Position numbers and translations under genes: made by a program. From Anaerolineae bacterium (GTDB lineage Bacteria > Chloroflexota > Anaerolineae > Aggregatilineales > UBA3940): a DNA stretch of 63,199 nt. Under the pieces are notes generated by a model. That model searched no databases. It worked only from the letters and a program-made list of their open reading frames with translations, and was not told where the DNA came from. The first letter of the stretch is position 1. Each line of letters begins with the position of its first letter. The DNA is taken from NCBI GenBank assembly GCA_034430335.1, contig DAOUES010000059.1:1-63199 (forward strand), in the 5' to 3' direction. Positions 46,762-54,665 of the stretch are shown here, piece after piece.

Positions 46762-48612
46762 CTACTGTCCCACCGCCTCAGCCGATATCGCGCAGCGGAA
46801 GCCGGTGCCCGGCCCGGCTTCGCCGGGTTCGAAGCGGGAGCGGATCGAACTGAGCAGCAGCCGAGAATCGCTGACGCCCCAGGCTCCACCGCGCACCACG
46901 CGCTGTGTGCCTTCATCCGGGCCGGTCGGGTTGGATTCCGGCGAGACAGAATAGTAATCGTCGTCAAACCAATCGTAGACCCACTCGGCGACATTGCCCG
47001 CCATGTCAAGCGCCCCGACCGGGCTGGCCCCAGCGGTAAAACTGCCGACCGGCGCGGTCTGCGCCCAGCCATCATCGGCGGAAGCGCTGGCTCCACTCAG
47101 CGGGCAGTTCTGATCGCAGAAATTCAAGCGGACGGGGTCCCAGTCATTGCCCCAGGGATAATTCAGCGCCGAGGCTGTATCAGCGTCCCAGCGGGCGGCC
47201 TTCTCCCACTCGGCTTCGGTGGGGAGCCGCGCTCCACGCCAGCGGCAGTAGGCGTCAGCCTGATTCCAGTCGATATAGATCACCGGGTAATCGTCAAACT
47301 CGTCAACACCATAATATTCATCGCCGATGTAGTCGGTGGTCGATGCAGGCAGCTCGCAGTCTCCGGCGGCGACACATTCCTGCCACTGCCTGTTGGTTAC
47401 TTCCGTCCTGTCGATGTAGTAGGCGTCAAGGGTCACCGTATGGGCGCTGCTGCTCGATCCCATCTGGAAGCGGCCTTCCGGCACATAGACCATCACAACG
47501 CCTTTCAGTTTGATCTGGTTGTCCTCAAGCCGTACAGGTGCATCGCCGGGGATGGGGGAAGGCGTGGCGGTGAGGGTCGGCAGCATCGTCACCTGGGCAG
47601 AAGGTGTTTCGCCTGGCTCCGGGGAGGGTTCGATGATGATCCCGGTTAAGAGTGTGGCGGTTGCATCCGGTGCTTCCGGACCGGTGCCTCCGGGTTCGCC
47701 GCCGAACAACGCTATACCGCTCTCGATCAATTCCTCGGCCTGCGGCGGCAGGTTGTCGGTGAAGTAGCCGAAGGCAAGAAGCCCCCCTCCCAACAACACC
47801 AGAGTCGCCAGCGCCGAAATGATGAATACCAGGGCCGGGCTTAACTTCAAACGCTGCCGACCTGCTTCCCGCCGGATATCTCGCCTCAATTCCGGGTAGT
47901 CACCGGTCGGCGGCGACGATTTCTCTTCCCAGTCCTGGCCGGGGAGCAGCGATTCCGGCTGCTCGACGGGCAGATCGATCCCGAAAGGCTCCCATTCAGG
48001 CCGGGTGTCATTCGCATCTTCGATAGGCCCCGCCGGTTGAGCCGGGAGGCCGGTCGGTTGAGACCGGCTGATCTCAGGCGGCCTGGGTGCCGGGAACGGT
48101 TCGTTTGGAGGTGCGGCGGCGGGTGTTTTCGGCCTTTTGATGGGCGGCCCGGATTCCTTACTCCCCGGCGCGAAGAAAACACGCACCACAACTTCCTCGA
48201 CATCGTCCGGTGTATCCGGCAGGTCGGAAGATTTCTTATCGCTCACAAAGGCTGGCGGGGCCGGAGGAGAAGAAGCTCCGGGCGCTTCTGGTGGTTCATC
48301 TATTCCCAGCAAGAGTTCGTCGCTGCCATCCAGCAGGTTGCTGATGGAAACCAGCTTTGGCGCTGGCGTCGAAGCGACTTCATCTTCAAAGGCAGGGATA
48401 AACAGGTCATCTGAGATGACCAACTGTTCGAACCGCTCGGCGGGCGCAGCCTCCGGTGAATCGCCGGAGAAATCCGGTACGGGGCTGGCCTCAACACTCC
48501 CCGATGCGTGCGCGGAGACATCCGCACGGTCAGGGAGCACTGGCGGAGTCGGCGGCCCGCCGGTATTTTCATCCTCGAAGTCGGGAACAAAGTTGTCTGA
48601 GTTATCCGCCAT
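46762..48612 (-). CDS. Membrane protein with Pro-rich cytoplasmic N-terminus, one TM and extracytoplasmic FGE-sulfatase (SUMF1-like) domain
   Basis: FGE-domain blocks MVYVPEGRFQMGS, YYIDRTEVTN.QW..C, YPVIYIDWNQADAYCRWRGARLPTEAEWEKAAR, NVAEWVYDW, RVVRGGAW, GFRCA. Confidence 0.85.
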   Translation of the reverse strand: MADNSDNFVPDFEDENTGGPPTPPVLPDRADVSAHASGSVEASPVPDFSGDSPEAAPAERFEQLVISDDLFIPAFEDEVASTPAPKLVSISNLLDGSDELLLGIDEPPEAPGASSPPAPPAFVSDKKSSDLPDTPDDVEEVVVRVFFAPGSKESGPPIKRPKTPAAAPPNEPFPAPRPPEISRSQPTGLPAQPAGPIEDANDTRPEWEPFGIDLPVEQPESLLPGQDWEEKSSPPTGDYPELRRDIRREAGRQRLKLSPALVFIISALATLVLLGGGLLAFGYFTDNLPPQAEELIESGIALFGGEPGGTGPEAPDATATLLTGIIIEPSPEPGETPSAQVTMLPTLTATPSPIPGDAPVRLEDNQIKLKGVVMVYVPEGRFQMGSSSSAHTVTLDAYYIDRTEVTNRQWQECVAAGDCELPASTTDYIGDEYYGVDEFDDYPVIYIDWNQADAYCRWRGARLPTEAEWEKAARWDADTASALNYPWGNDWDPVRLNFCDQNCPLSGASASADDGWAQTAPVGSFTAGASPVGALDMAGNVAEWVYDWFDDDYYSVSPESNPTGPDEGTQRVVRGGAWGVSDSRLLLSSIRSRFEPGEAGPGTGFRCAISAEAVGQ

Positions 48613-48703
48613 GTTAGTTGATCCTCTACACTTGTAAACTACTCTGTTAGTGTAAACGAGCGGCCTTTTTCGGGCAACCGGATCGGGAAGAAATGAAAGT
48701 AAA

Positions 48704-48875
48704 TTGGCAACCCCTCAAAATCCCTATCCCCGCAGCAAGCTGCGAGGCTTTACGGGATTTTGCCCCTTGCGGGTACGGGGTTGCTTGCCAACTGCACCAG
48801 GGCTTCGCCCTGTGGAGCCTTCGGCTCCAGCCATTCATCCCCCCAGCAAGCTGGGGGGCATTCTGGCCAGTGCAG
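48704..48875. repeat. Long copy of the intergenic hairpin-repeat family; a 172-nt multi-stem element and possible structured RNA
   Basis: Two nested domains. Stem 48704-48714/48777-48791 encloses stem 48716-48724/48754-48762 and hairpin 48728-48747. Stem 48792-48797/48870-48875 encloses hairpins 48798-48812, 48814-48828 and 48839-48858. The minus strand shares GAAGGCTCCAC, GGTGCAGTTGG and CCCGTACC blocks with 15158-15230. Confidence 0.6.
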
Positions 48876-48876
48876 T

Positions 48877-48912
48877 AAAAAGCAGAACCGACCCGGCACG
48901 GAAGGGCCGGGT
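48877..48912 (-). terminator. Intrinsic terminator of the SGNH-hydrolase gene
   Basis: Immediately after stop 48913-48915. The minus strand reads ACCCGGC-CCTTCCGT-GCCGGGT, then CGGTTCTGCTTTTT. Confidence 0.6.
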
Positions 48913-50442
48913 TCAGTTTTCAGGAATGGCGGCTTCTCCGTCAAGGTAGGCGGCGATCATCTCCGCCTTCAGGTGATTGCCCAGGCGGGTCAAATGGCGG
49001 CTGTCGGCCCAGTATTCTTCGTCGAGGGGCATTTGGGCGGCAAAATCGAAATAGTACGTATCGAGTTCCCTGGCCAGGCCCTCGATGACTGCATTCTGTT
49101 CCTCATAGGCCGACCGGTATTCCGGAGACGCGGCGTAATCTCCCATGTTCGGGTTCGAGGCCCAGCTAACCAGCAGGACTTCGGCATCGTTGGCCTGCGA
49201 TACGGCAATGATATTGCGAATGTTCCGCTCGTAGAAAACCGGCGGGTTGGCTTCGAGCGCGTCTTCCAGCGACATCCCCAGGCAGGATTGTTCAGCCGTC
49301 AGCCCGGTGCATTCGACATTCATCACGTCGTCGATGGACAGTCCCAGCGGTGTTTTGAACCAGCCGAAAGCCGATCCGATCACACGCCACAGCGTGATCG
49401 GCACCTTTGCCGCCCACGAAGCCCGTGCTTCCTCGATGACTTGCGAGTCCCAGGCGTGGCGATGTCCCGTATTGTCGCCCCGGTAGGTTTCCGGTGAAAC
49501 CAAACGGCAGTGAACGTCGTTGGTGTTCTGGTAGACGATGACCAGATCGGGTTCCAGATCGAGAACCCGGTAGGTGAGATTAGCCAGCGTCTCCCACGAA
49601 TTATGCCCGCCGACGCCGCCGTTGATCACCTCGACATTCCGGTATCCGAAATCTTCCTGTAAAATACGTTCGAGTTGGGCGGGGTAAGAGTCATGCCAGT
49701 CGGCGACGCCCGTGCCGTAGGTGGTCGATCCGCCGATGGCGACAATCCGGTAGACGCCGTCGGGCTTGGGAACGGCGATCTCCTCGCCGCGAAAACCGCG
49801 TGAGTTGATCTCGTCCAGGCCATCGGGGGACTGCCAGCCCGGTGCCGGGATATAGCCTTCGTAGGGATGGGGCTGGTAGCGCAGGAGTTGGGCGTTGGTC
49901 GCTTCGAAGGCTTCGGCTCTTCTGGCGAGGTCACTGTCGGGGAAGCTGCGGATATACCGGTTCAACCCCCACTCAGCGCCAACGGCGGCGATCAGGACGC
50001 TGATCAGCACCATGTAGAACTCAGGCTTGCGGATGATCGCTCTCAGCGCATCCAGGCAGATCAGGATCAGGGTGAGGGTGGTGAGGGCGGAGAACTGCCC
50101 GTAAAGTTGGTTGTAAAACGGCTCAAGGTAGGTGGGAGCAGCGATGAATCCCAGTGTGTAGATCAGGAGATGGGCCGGAAGCCAGGCCGCCGCCGCGATG
50201 GTCTTGGCCTTCTCATGGCCGCCGGTGATCGCCACGCGGGGCCATTTGCTCAACGCCGCGTAGCCAATCGCTGCCGAAAGCAGCACGCCGCCGATCAGCA
50301 GGGCGAGATAGCGCGGGGTGTAACGTCCGAGCAGCAGGTTTTCTGTGTCGCTGGATTGGTGGGCGATGAGTTGATAGGCGGTGATCACCGCGAGAAGAAT
50401 CAGGAATACACGAGACCAGAATAATCGGGCTTTGTCAGTCAT
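48913..50442 (-). CDS. Polytopic membrane protein with C-terminal SGNH/GDSL-type hydrolase domain
   Basis: About 6 N-terminal TM helices. Block I IVAIGGSTTYG, block III-like VYQNTNDV, block V ADSRHLT. Confidence 0.75.
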   Translation of the reverse strand: MTDKARLFWSRVFLILLAVITAYQLIAHQSSDTENLLLGRYTPRYLALLIGGVLLSAAIGYAALSKWPRVAITGGHEKAKTIAAAAWLPAHLLIYTLGFIAAPTYLEPFYNQLYGQFSALTTLTLILICLDALRAIIRKPEFYMVLISVLIAAVGAEWGLNRYIRSFPDSDLARRAEAFEATNAQLLRYQPHPYEGYIPAPGWQSPDGLDEINSRGFRGEEIAVPKPDGVYRIVAIGGSTTYGTGVADWHDSYPAQLERILQEDFGYRNVEVINGGVGGHNSWETLANLTYRVLDLEPDLVIVYQNTNDVHCRLVSPETYRGDNTGHRHAWDSQVIEEARASWAAKVPITLWRVIGSAFGWFKTPLGLSIDDVMNVECTGLTAEQSCLGMSLEDALEANPPVFYERNIRNIIAVSQANDAEVLLVSWASNPNMGDYAASPEYRSAYEEQNAVIEGLARELDTYYFDFAAQMPLDEEYWADSRHLTRLGNHLKAEMIAAYLDGEAAIPEN

Positions 50443-50585
50443 TACCTCGCTCCGGTGCCAGACCCAGGTGTACCAGCAGTAACAGGATCAACGACGCGGG
50501 ATTCTACCAGCGATGAAATAGCGCAACAAGCTGGTGTAGGGTATTCGTTGGCAACGATGCCGCCGGTTGCTATAATGGCAATCAG

Positions 50586-50658
50586 GCCCCCGTAGCTCAA
50601 AGGATAGAGCAGCAACCTCCTAAGTTGAAGGTTACAGGTTCGACTCCTGTCGGGGGCA
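50586..50658 (+). tRNA. tRNA-Arg (anticodon CCU), CCA not encoded
   Basis: Cloverleaf read by hand. Acceptor GCCCCCG/CGGGGGC, D arm GCTC-AAAGGATA-GAGC, anticodon loop CTCCTAA, T arm ACAGG-TTCGACT-CCTGT, discriminator A. Confidence 0.9.
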
Positions 50659-50686
50659 TTTTGATTCCAGATCGCTGCCCGGCAAG

Positions 50687-53110
50687 CTATGAAGCCGATC
50701 CCAGGGCCGCGCCGGGGCGTAGATCATCTAATTTGCGCGGATAGAGAACGCCCACCAGCCAGAACTGCCACAATGAGCGAATGACGAACGGCCAGAGCGC
50801 GAAGACATCGTCCGCCTGGCCGCGCTGAACTGTCCGGGGACTGTAGCAGTGCTCGGTGTAGAGCAGGAATATCTCTGCAACGTCCCGCAGCAACCAGTCC
50901 CGGCGCTTTTCCCAATCGCCGCCCCAGCGCGGCACGATCTTCATGCGCTCCGCCAGAACATCCTTCAGGGCTTCCAGAAATTCGTAAGGGGTGCGGGTGT
51001 CAGACAGTTCGAGTCCCATTCGCTGCCCGGCCCTGAGCATCATCCCGTACAGCGCCTCGACCATCTTGCCGGGTTCCATGCGGCGAAGCCTGCTGCGGCG
51101 AACGGCGATCACCATCATCACGATCTGCCCCACTGCGCCGACAAAAATGAGCGGGATTCCCCACACATACCAGGGTAGGTTCAGATCGAGTTCTTCCATC
51201 GTTTCATTTTGCCGTTCATCTTCTATCTCGGCGAGTATCGAGGGCAGCGAAGGCAGTTGGAGGTTTTCGTTATCCAGGCCAACCGTCGGTTCTGGATAGG
51301 CGGCGGTCGGCTCGAAGATGATCCAGCCATAACCGGGGAAGTACAGTTCGGGCCAGGCGTGGGAATCGCCATAGGTGACGTTGTAGGCGTCGATCTCAGG
51401 ATCGTAGGTGCCCATCGCAAATCCAGAGGCTAACCGGGCGGGGATTCCAAGCGTGCGGGCCAGAACCACCATCGCCGTCGCCGAATAGTCACAATAGCCC
51501 CGCTGCAAGTCAAACAGGTAGTAGTCGACCACGTCGCGGTCGGTTGGCGGATCGTCGAGATCGATGGTGTATTCATATGATCGGAGCGTTTGTTGAAGCG
51601 CAAACGCCTTGTCATAAGGCGTATCCTGCCCGGCGGTGATCGCTTCGGCAAATAACGCGAGATGTTCCGGGAGATTGGCGGGTAAAGCAAGGTAGCTTCT
51701 CGTTACCCAGTCGGGGTAAGGCTCACCGGCGGTTGCCCTGAGTTCTTCGGGCGCGGCGACCGGCAGCCATGACTGAACCTCGTAAGCGGCGATCGGATAG
51801 GATGTATACAGGTAAACCAGGTCGGAGCCTGCCTGATCGACCCAGCGGCTGACGGTAGTCGTAGAGACTCGCACCGGGCGTCCGGTGGCATACACGGTCG
51901 ATACGGGGTAGTCAAAGCGGAAGGTCTGGCGGATCAATTCATTGTGGTCGGGTGGATCGAGATTCTCCGGGTTCAGCGGGGTCACAGGGTTATTGACGGC
52001 GTATGTCTGCCGGATCCAGCCCACCCCGGTGTATTGATCATAGACAGTCGCCCGCCAATAAAGGCGATACTCCGGCTGTTCTTCGAGATGTACGGTCATC
52101 ACCGGCATCTCGGTGACCTCCGGCCCCGCGCCAAGCAGGTGAGAAGTGGGCCAGACAGACATTTTGCGAACGCTGCTTGCACTGGCACCGGCTGTTCCGG
52201 TGGGTTCGGGTTCCTTTAAGGGGTTGATCTCATCGACCCAATCGGCGAATTCCTGGCTGGTCAACCAGGTGCTGGCCGTCATCACGACCGTGCCGGTCAG
52301 GACGACCACCGTCCCCCAGATCAGCCAGTCATTTGCCATGCCGTAAGGCAGCAGCCGATCCGGCCAGCGTCCTTCGATCTGCCGGAGGGTGTTGGCGCTG
52401 ATCAGCATCAACCCGATGGTCGTTTCCAGGGTCAGCCAGATGAAACCATCGCCTGAGAAAAAGACACTCAGCAGGAGCAGCCCGATCACCAGGAACACAC
52501 TTCCCCAGGAGGGCCTGTCGTTGGCGGTCAGCCAGATCGACAGGCCAGTCACCATCCATATAAGCCAGCGGATAAGCGTGCCGAGCAGCACCTGGCTGCT
52601 TTTCCGGTTACCCGATGTCAATCTGAGCGGCCAATCAGATTGAAGGTTCCACACATACAGAGACAGGCGCTCAATCGCCGCGCGCCATTCCGGGAGGATG
52701 GGAGGATGGGGAAGATAAACGATAGCGATATCAGGATCGGCGATCATGTGGACGATCCGCCCCAGGCAGACCCGCAGCCACTGTTCGACCAGCGCCAATT
52801 CCTGATAAGCTGGTTTGAATGGAGGTAAGAGATTGCCCTGTATCAAGGGCACGATCACCGTCCCGGAGATGACGATTGCCAAAACAGCGGCAGCCGGTCG
52901 GCGAAAAAGATAAGCGATCAAAATGCCGGACAACGCGCTGTATATGCCCATGATCCAGGCTATCGAAGTGTCTTCCAGCCATTTCGCCTCGTTTATTGCT
53001 ATCGGCAGGCAGACCAGCATTCCGGCCAGCAAGATTACGACAACGGCCTGACTCAGTGGCAAGCGTTCCTGTATCCGTTTGAATGTTCGAGAAGCCAGTT
53101 CCATTGCCAT
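50687..53110 (-). CDS. Transglutaminase-like membrane protein (TgpA-like)
   Basis: Many N-terminal TM helices. Transglutaminase core GYCDYSATAMVVLARTLGIPARLASGF...DSHAWPELYF.GYGWIIFEPT. C-terminal TM. Confidence 0.85.
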   Translation of the reverse strand: MAMELASRTFKRIQERLPLSQAVVVILLAGMLVCLPIAINEAKWLEDTSIAWIMGIYSALSGILIAYLFRRPAAAVLAIVISGTVIVPLIQGNLLPPFKPAYQELALVEQWLRVCLGRIVHMIADPDIAIVYLPHPPILPEWRAAIERLSLYVWNLQSDWPLRLTSGNRKSSQVLLGTLIRWLIWMVTGLSIWLTANDRPSWGSVFLVIGLLLLSVFFSGDGFIWLTLETTIGLMLISANTLRQIEGRWPDRLLPYGMANDWLIWGTVVVLTGTVVMTASTWLTSQEFADWVDEINPLKEPEPTGTAGASASSVRKMSVWPTSHLLGAGPEVTEMPVMTVHLEEQPEYRLYWRATVYDQYTGVGWIRQTYAVNNPVTPLNPENLDPPDHNELIRQTFRFDYPVSTVYATGRPVRVSTTTVSRWVDQAGSDLVYLYTSYPIAAYEVQSWLPVAAPEELRATAGEPYPDWVTRSYLALPANLPEHLALFAEAITAGQDTPYDKAFALQQTLRSYEYTIDLDDPPTDRDVVDYYLFDLQRGYCDYSATAMVVLARTLGIPARLASGFAMGTYDPEIDAYNVTYGDSHAWPELYFPGYGWIIFEPTAAYPEPTVGLDNENLQLPSLPSILAEIEDERQNETMEELDLNLPWYVWGIPLIFVGAVGQIVMMVIAVRRSRLRRMEPGKMVEALYGMMLRAGQRMGLELSDTRTPYEFLEALKDVLAERMKIVPRWGGDWEKRRDWLLRDVAEIFLLYTEHCYSPRTVQRGQADDVFALWPFVIRSLWQFWLVGVLYPRKLDDLRPGAALGSAS

Positions 53111-53113
53111 TGT

Positions 53114-54538
53114 CTAGACCTTCGTTGGACGTGAGTCGACGACTACTTTGCCCCAGGGAGTAGTCTTCATCTCCCAGTTGCCCCCCCTCTCTCCGGTGGG
53201 CCGCAGTTCGAATTGTTCCTGGCGGTGGACAACATGAGCCGCGATCCCCAGCCGCGCCAACTGCGATAACATGGCATCAATCGGCGATTCGGCCCGCCGG
53301 GATTCTTCTTCTGTATCAGGCTCCTGGAATGATTCGGGATCGAGCAGAACCGCTGCGTGGGCGGCGGTCCCTGCGCCAGCCTGGGACAGCATCGGCGGCC
53401 AATCAGGGGATAGGGAAGGGGTGAAAACCACCAGCGAATGCCCGCGCCGGATAAAGGGACGAAGTTCCTGCAAGACCGCGGCTACCGGGCGTCCAGAACA
53501 ACAGTCGACCTGTGCCAGCACCTGCATGATCGTCCACAACTGGTCACTGCCGGTTGCCGGGGGAATGAGGATGCGCTCCGGGCCGTAGGTATAGAGGCCG
53601 ACGCCCTTTCCCTGCCCGATCAGATACCAGGCCCAGCTTGCCGCCCAGACGACGCAGTATTCCAGCGTAGAATCAGCGCCTTCACCGGCCTGAACCTCGC
53701 GATTCAGGTCGGGTACCAACCAGATGTCTGTGCCACGTTCGACATCGAACTCTTTGATGAGCAGATGCTGGTGGCGCATGGACAGCGCCCAGTGTATACG
53801 GCGCATCGGGTCGCCCGGCACGTAATCACGAACACCGCCAATCGCCATTGTCTCTCGAAAGCTGCGGTCACGGGAGGATACCCGCCCCTGGCCGCCGCCC
53901 GACGGCAGCGTAAAGCCCAACTCCTGCAAGACAGGGGGTAAGACCAGCACCTCGCGCTGCCCCTTATAGTGGCAGGTCACAAGAAACAACCCAAGCGGAT
54001 CGGTGATCCGGCTGATGGTTGGCCCCAGGTGAAACTTCCCGCGCCGCTGGCTGACGGCCTTTTTGCGCCAGGAATGATCGCCCTCGTAATTGATCGATCC
54101 CACCCCTGAGATGTCATAGCCCGGCACGTTGGAAAGGTCTTCGATCTCCATAGCCAGCACGGGGAACACCGATTTATTTCTCAGCGTGAGCGATTCTTCA
54201 AGCAGGTCACCAACCTGCATCCAGCCGTAGAGCATTTCGCGGAACAGACTCACCCGCCGGGCCGAGTTAAGCGCCCAACCGTAGCCGGTGATCATCATTA
54301 CGGCCAGCCCGGACAGCATGACCACCCAGGCGCGGGAAGGCCAGATCAATTCGACGATCAGCACGACGGCAAAGATCAGCAGCGGGGCCGGGCAGATAAA
54401 CGTGATATCCACATCACTGGTCGATGAATGGAAGCGCGTAACGACTAACTCGCCCTTGAACAATCGCCTGATGAAATCGCCTACCGATTGGAGCAGCTTT
54501 TTGACATTGATATTCATGGTTTGAGACGCTCTCTTCAC
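53114..54538 (-). CDS. DUF58-family protein (vWA-like, usual MoxR partner)
   Basis: Signature GVRDYVPGDPMRRIHWALSMRHQHLLIKEFD. Two N-terminal TM helices. 3-nt gap to the transglutaminase gene. Confidence 0.85.
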   Translation of the reverse strand: MKRASQTMNINVKKLLQSVGDFIRRLFKGELVVTRFHSSTSDVDITFICPAPLLIFAVVLIVELIWPSRAWVVMLSGLAVMMITGYGWALNSARRVSLFREMLYGWMQVGDLLEESLTLRNKSVFPVLAMEIEDLSNVPGYDISGVGSINYEGDHSWRKKAVSQRRGKFHLGPTISRITDPLGLFLVTCHYKGQREVLVLPPVLQELGFTLPSGGGQGRVSSRDRSFRETMAIGGVRDYVPGDPMRRIHWALSMRHQHLLIKEFDVERGTDIWLVPDLNREVQAGEGADSTLEYCVVWAASWAWYLIGQGKGVGLYTYGPERILIPPATGSDQLWTIMQVLAQVDCCSGRPVAAVLQELRPFIRRGHSLVVFTPSLSPDWPPMLSQAGAGTAAHAAVLLDPESFQEPDTEEESRRAESPIDAMLSQLARLGIAAHVVHRQEQFELRPTGERGGNWEMKTTPWGKVVVDSRPTKV

Positions 54539-54609
54539 TTTGCCCCGCCATTTTACATCGGAATGTGTTTGTCGAGTAGAGATTGTCTATCAGAGAAGTA
54601 CACACAGCG

Positions 54610-54637
54610 AAAGAGCCAGCGCCCCGGCTGGCTCTTT
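54610..54637 (-). terminator. Hairpin terminator candidate after the permease gene
   Basis: AGAGCCAGC / GCTGGCTCT 9-bp stem flanked by AAA and TTT, 29 nt downstream of stop 54666. Confidence 0.4.
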
Positions 54638-54665
54638 CATGAATAAGGAGAGAGGAAAAAGATGT

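Noticed and set aside
46762-46905. Diversity-generating retroelement (DGR) target hypothesis for the FGE/C-type-lectin-fold C-terminus
   Set aside because: The window has no reverse transcriptase gene and no template repeat matching the C-terminal about 130 bp. The only shared string with the nearby repeat (AGGCTCCAC) is 9 nt and encodes the conserved GGAW motif, so it is consistent with chance.
46758-47096. N-terminal 113 codons of the 277-aa ORF 46263-47096
   Set aside because: This part overlaps the 3' end of the FGE-domain gene in another frame and has no YbaK similarity. The YbaK homology starts at MAREKK (ATG 46757), 4 nt after the upstream stop.
48704-48875. Cobalamin riboswitch or other known RNA family for the structured element
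   Set aside because: Superficial resemblances (AAAATCC...CCCGCAGC, GCCAGTG) do not reproduce the B12-box or the riboswitch architecture, and no cobalamin-related gene is adjacent. RNase P, SRP, tmRNA and 6S signature sequences are absent. I left it as an unclassified element.
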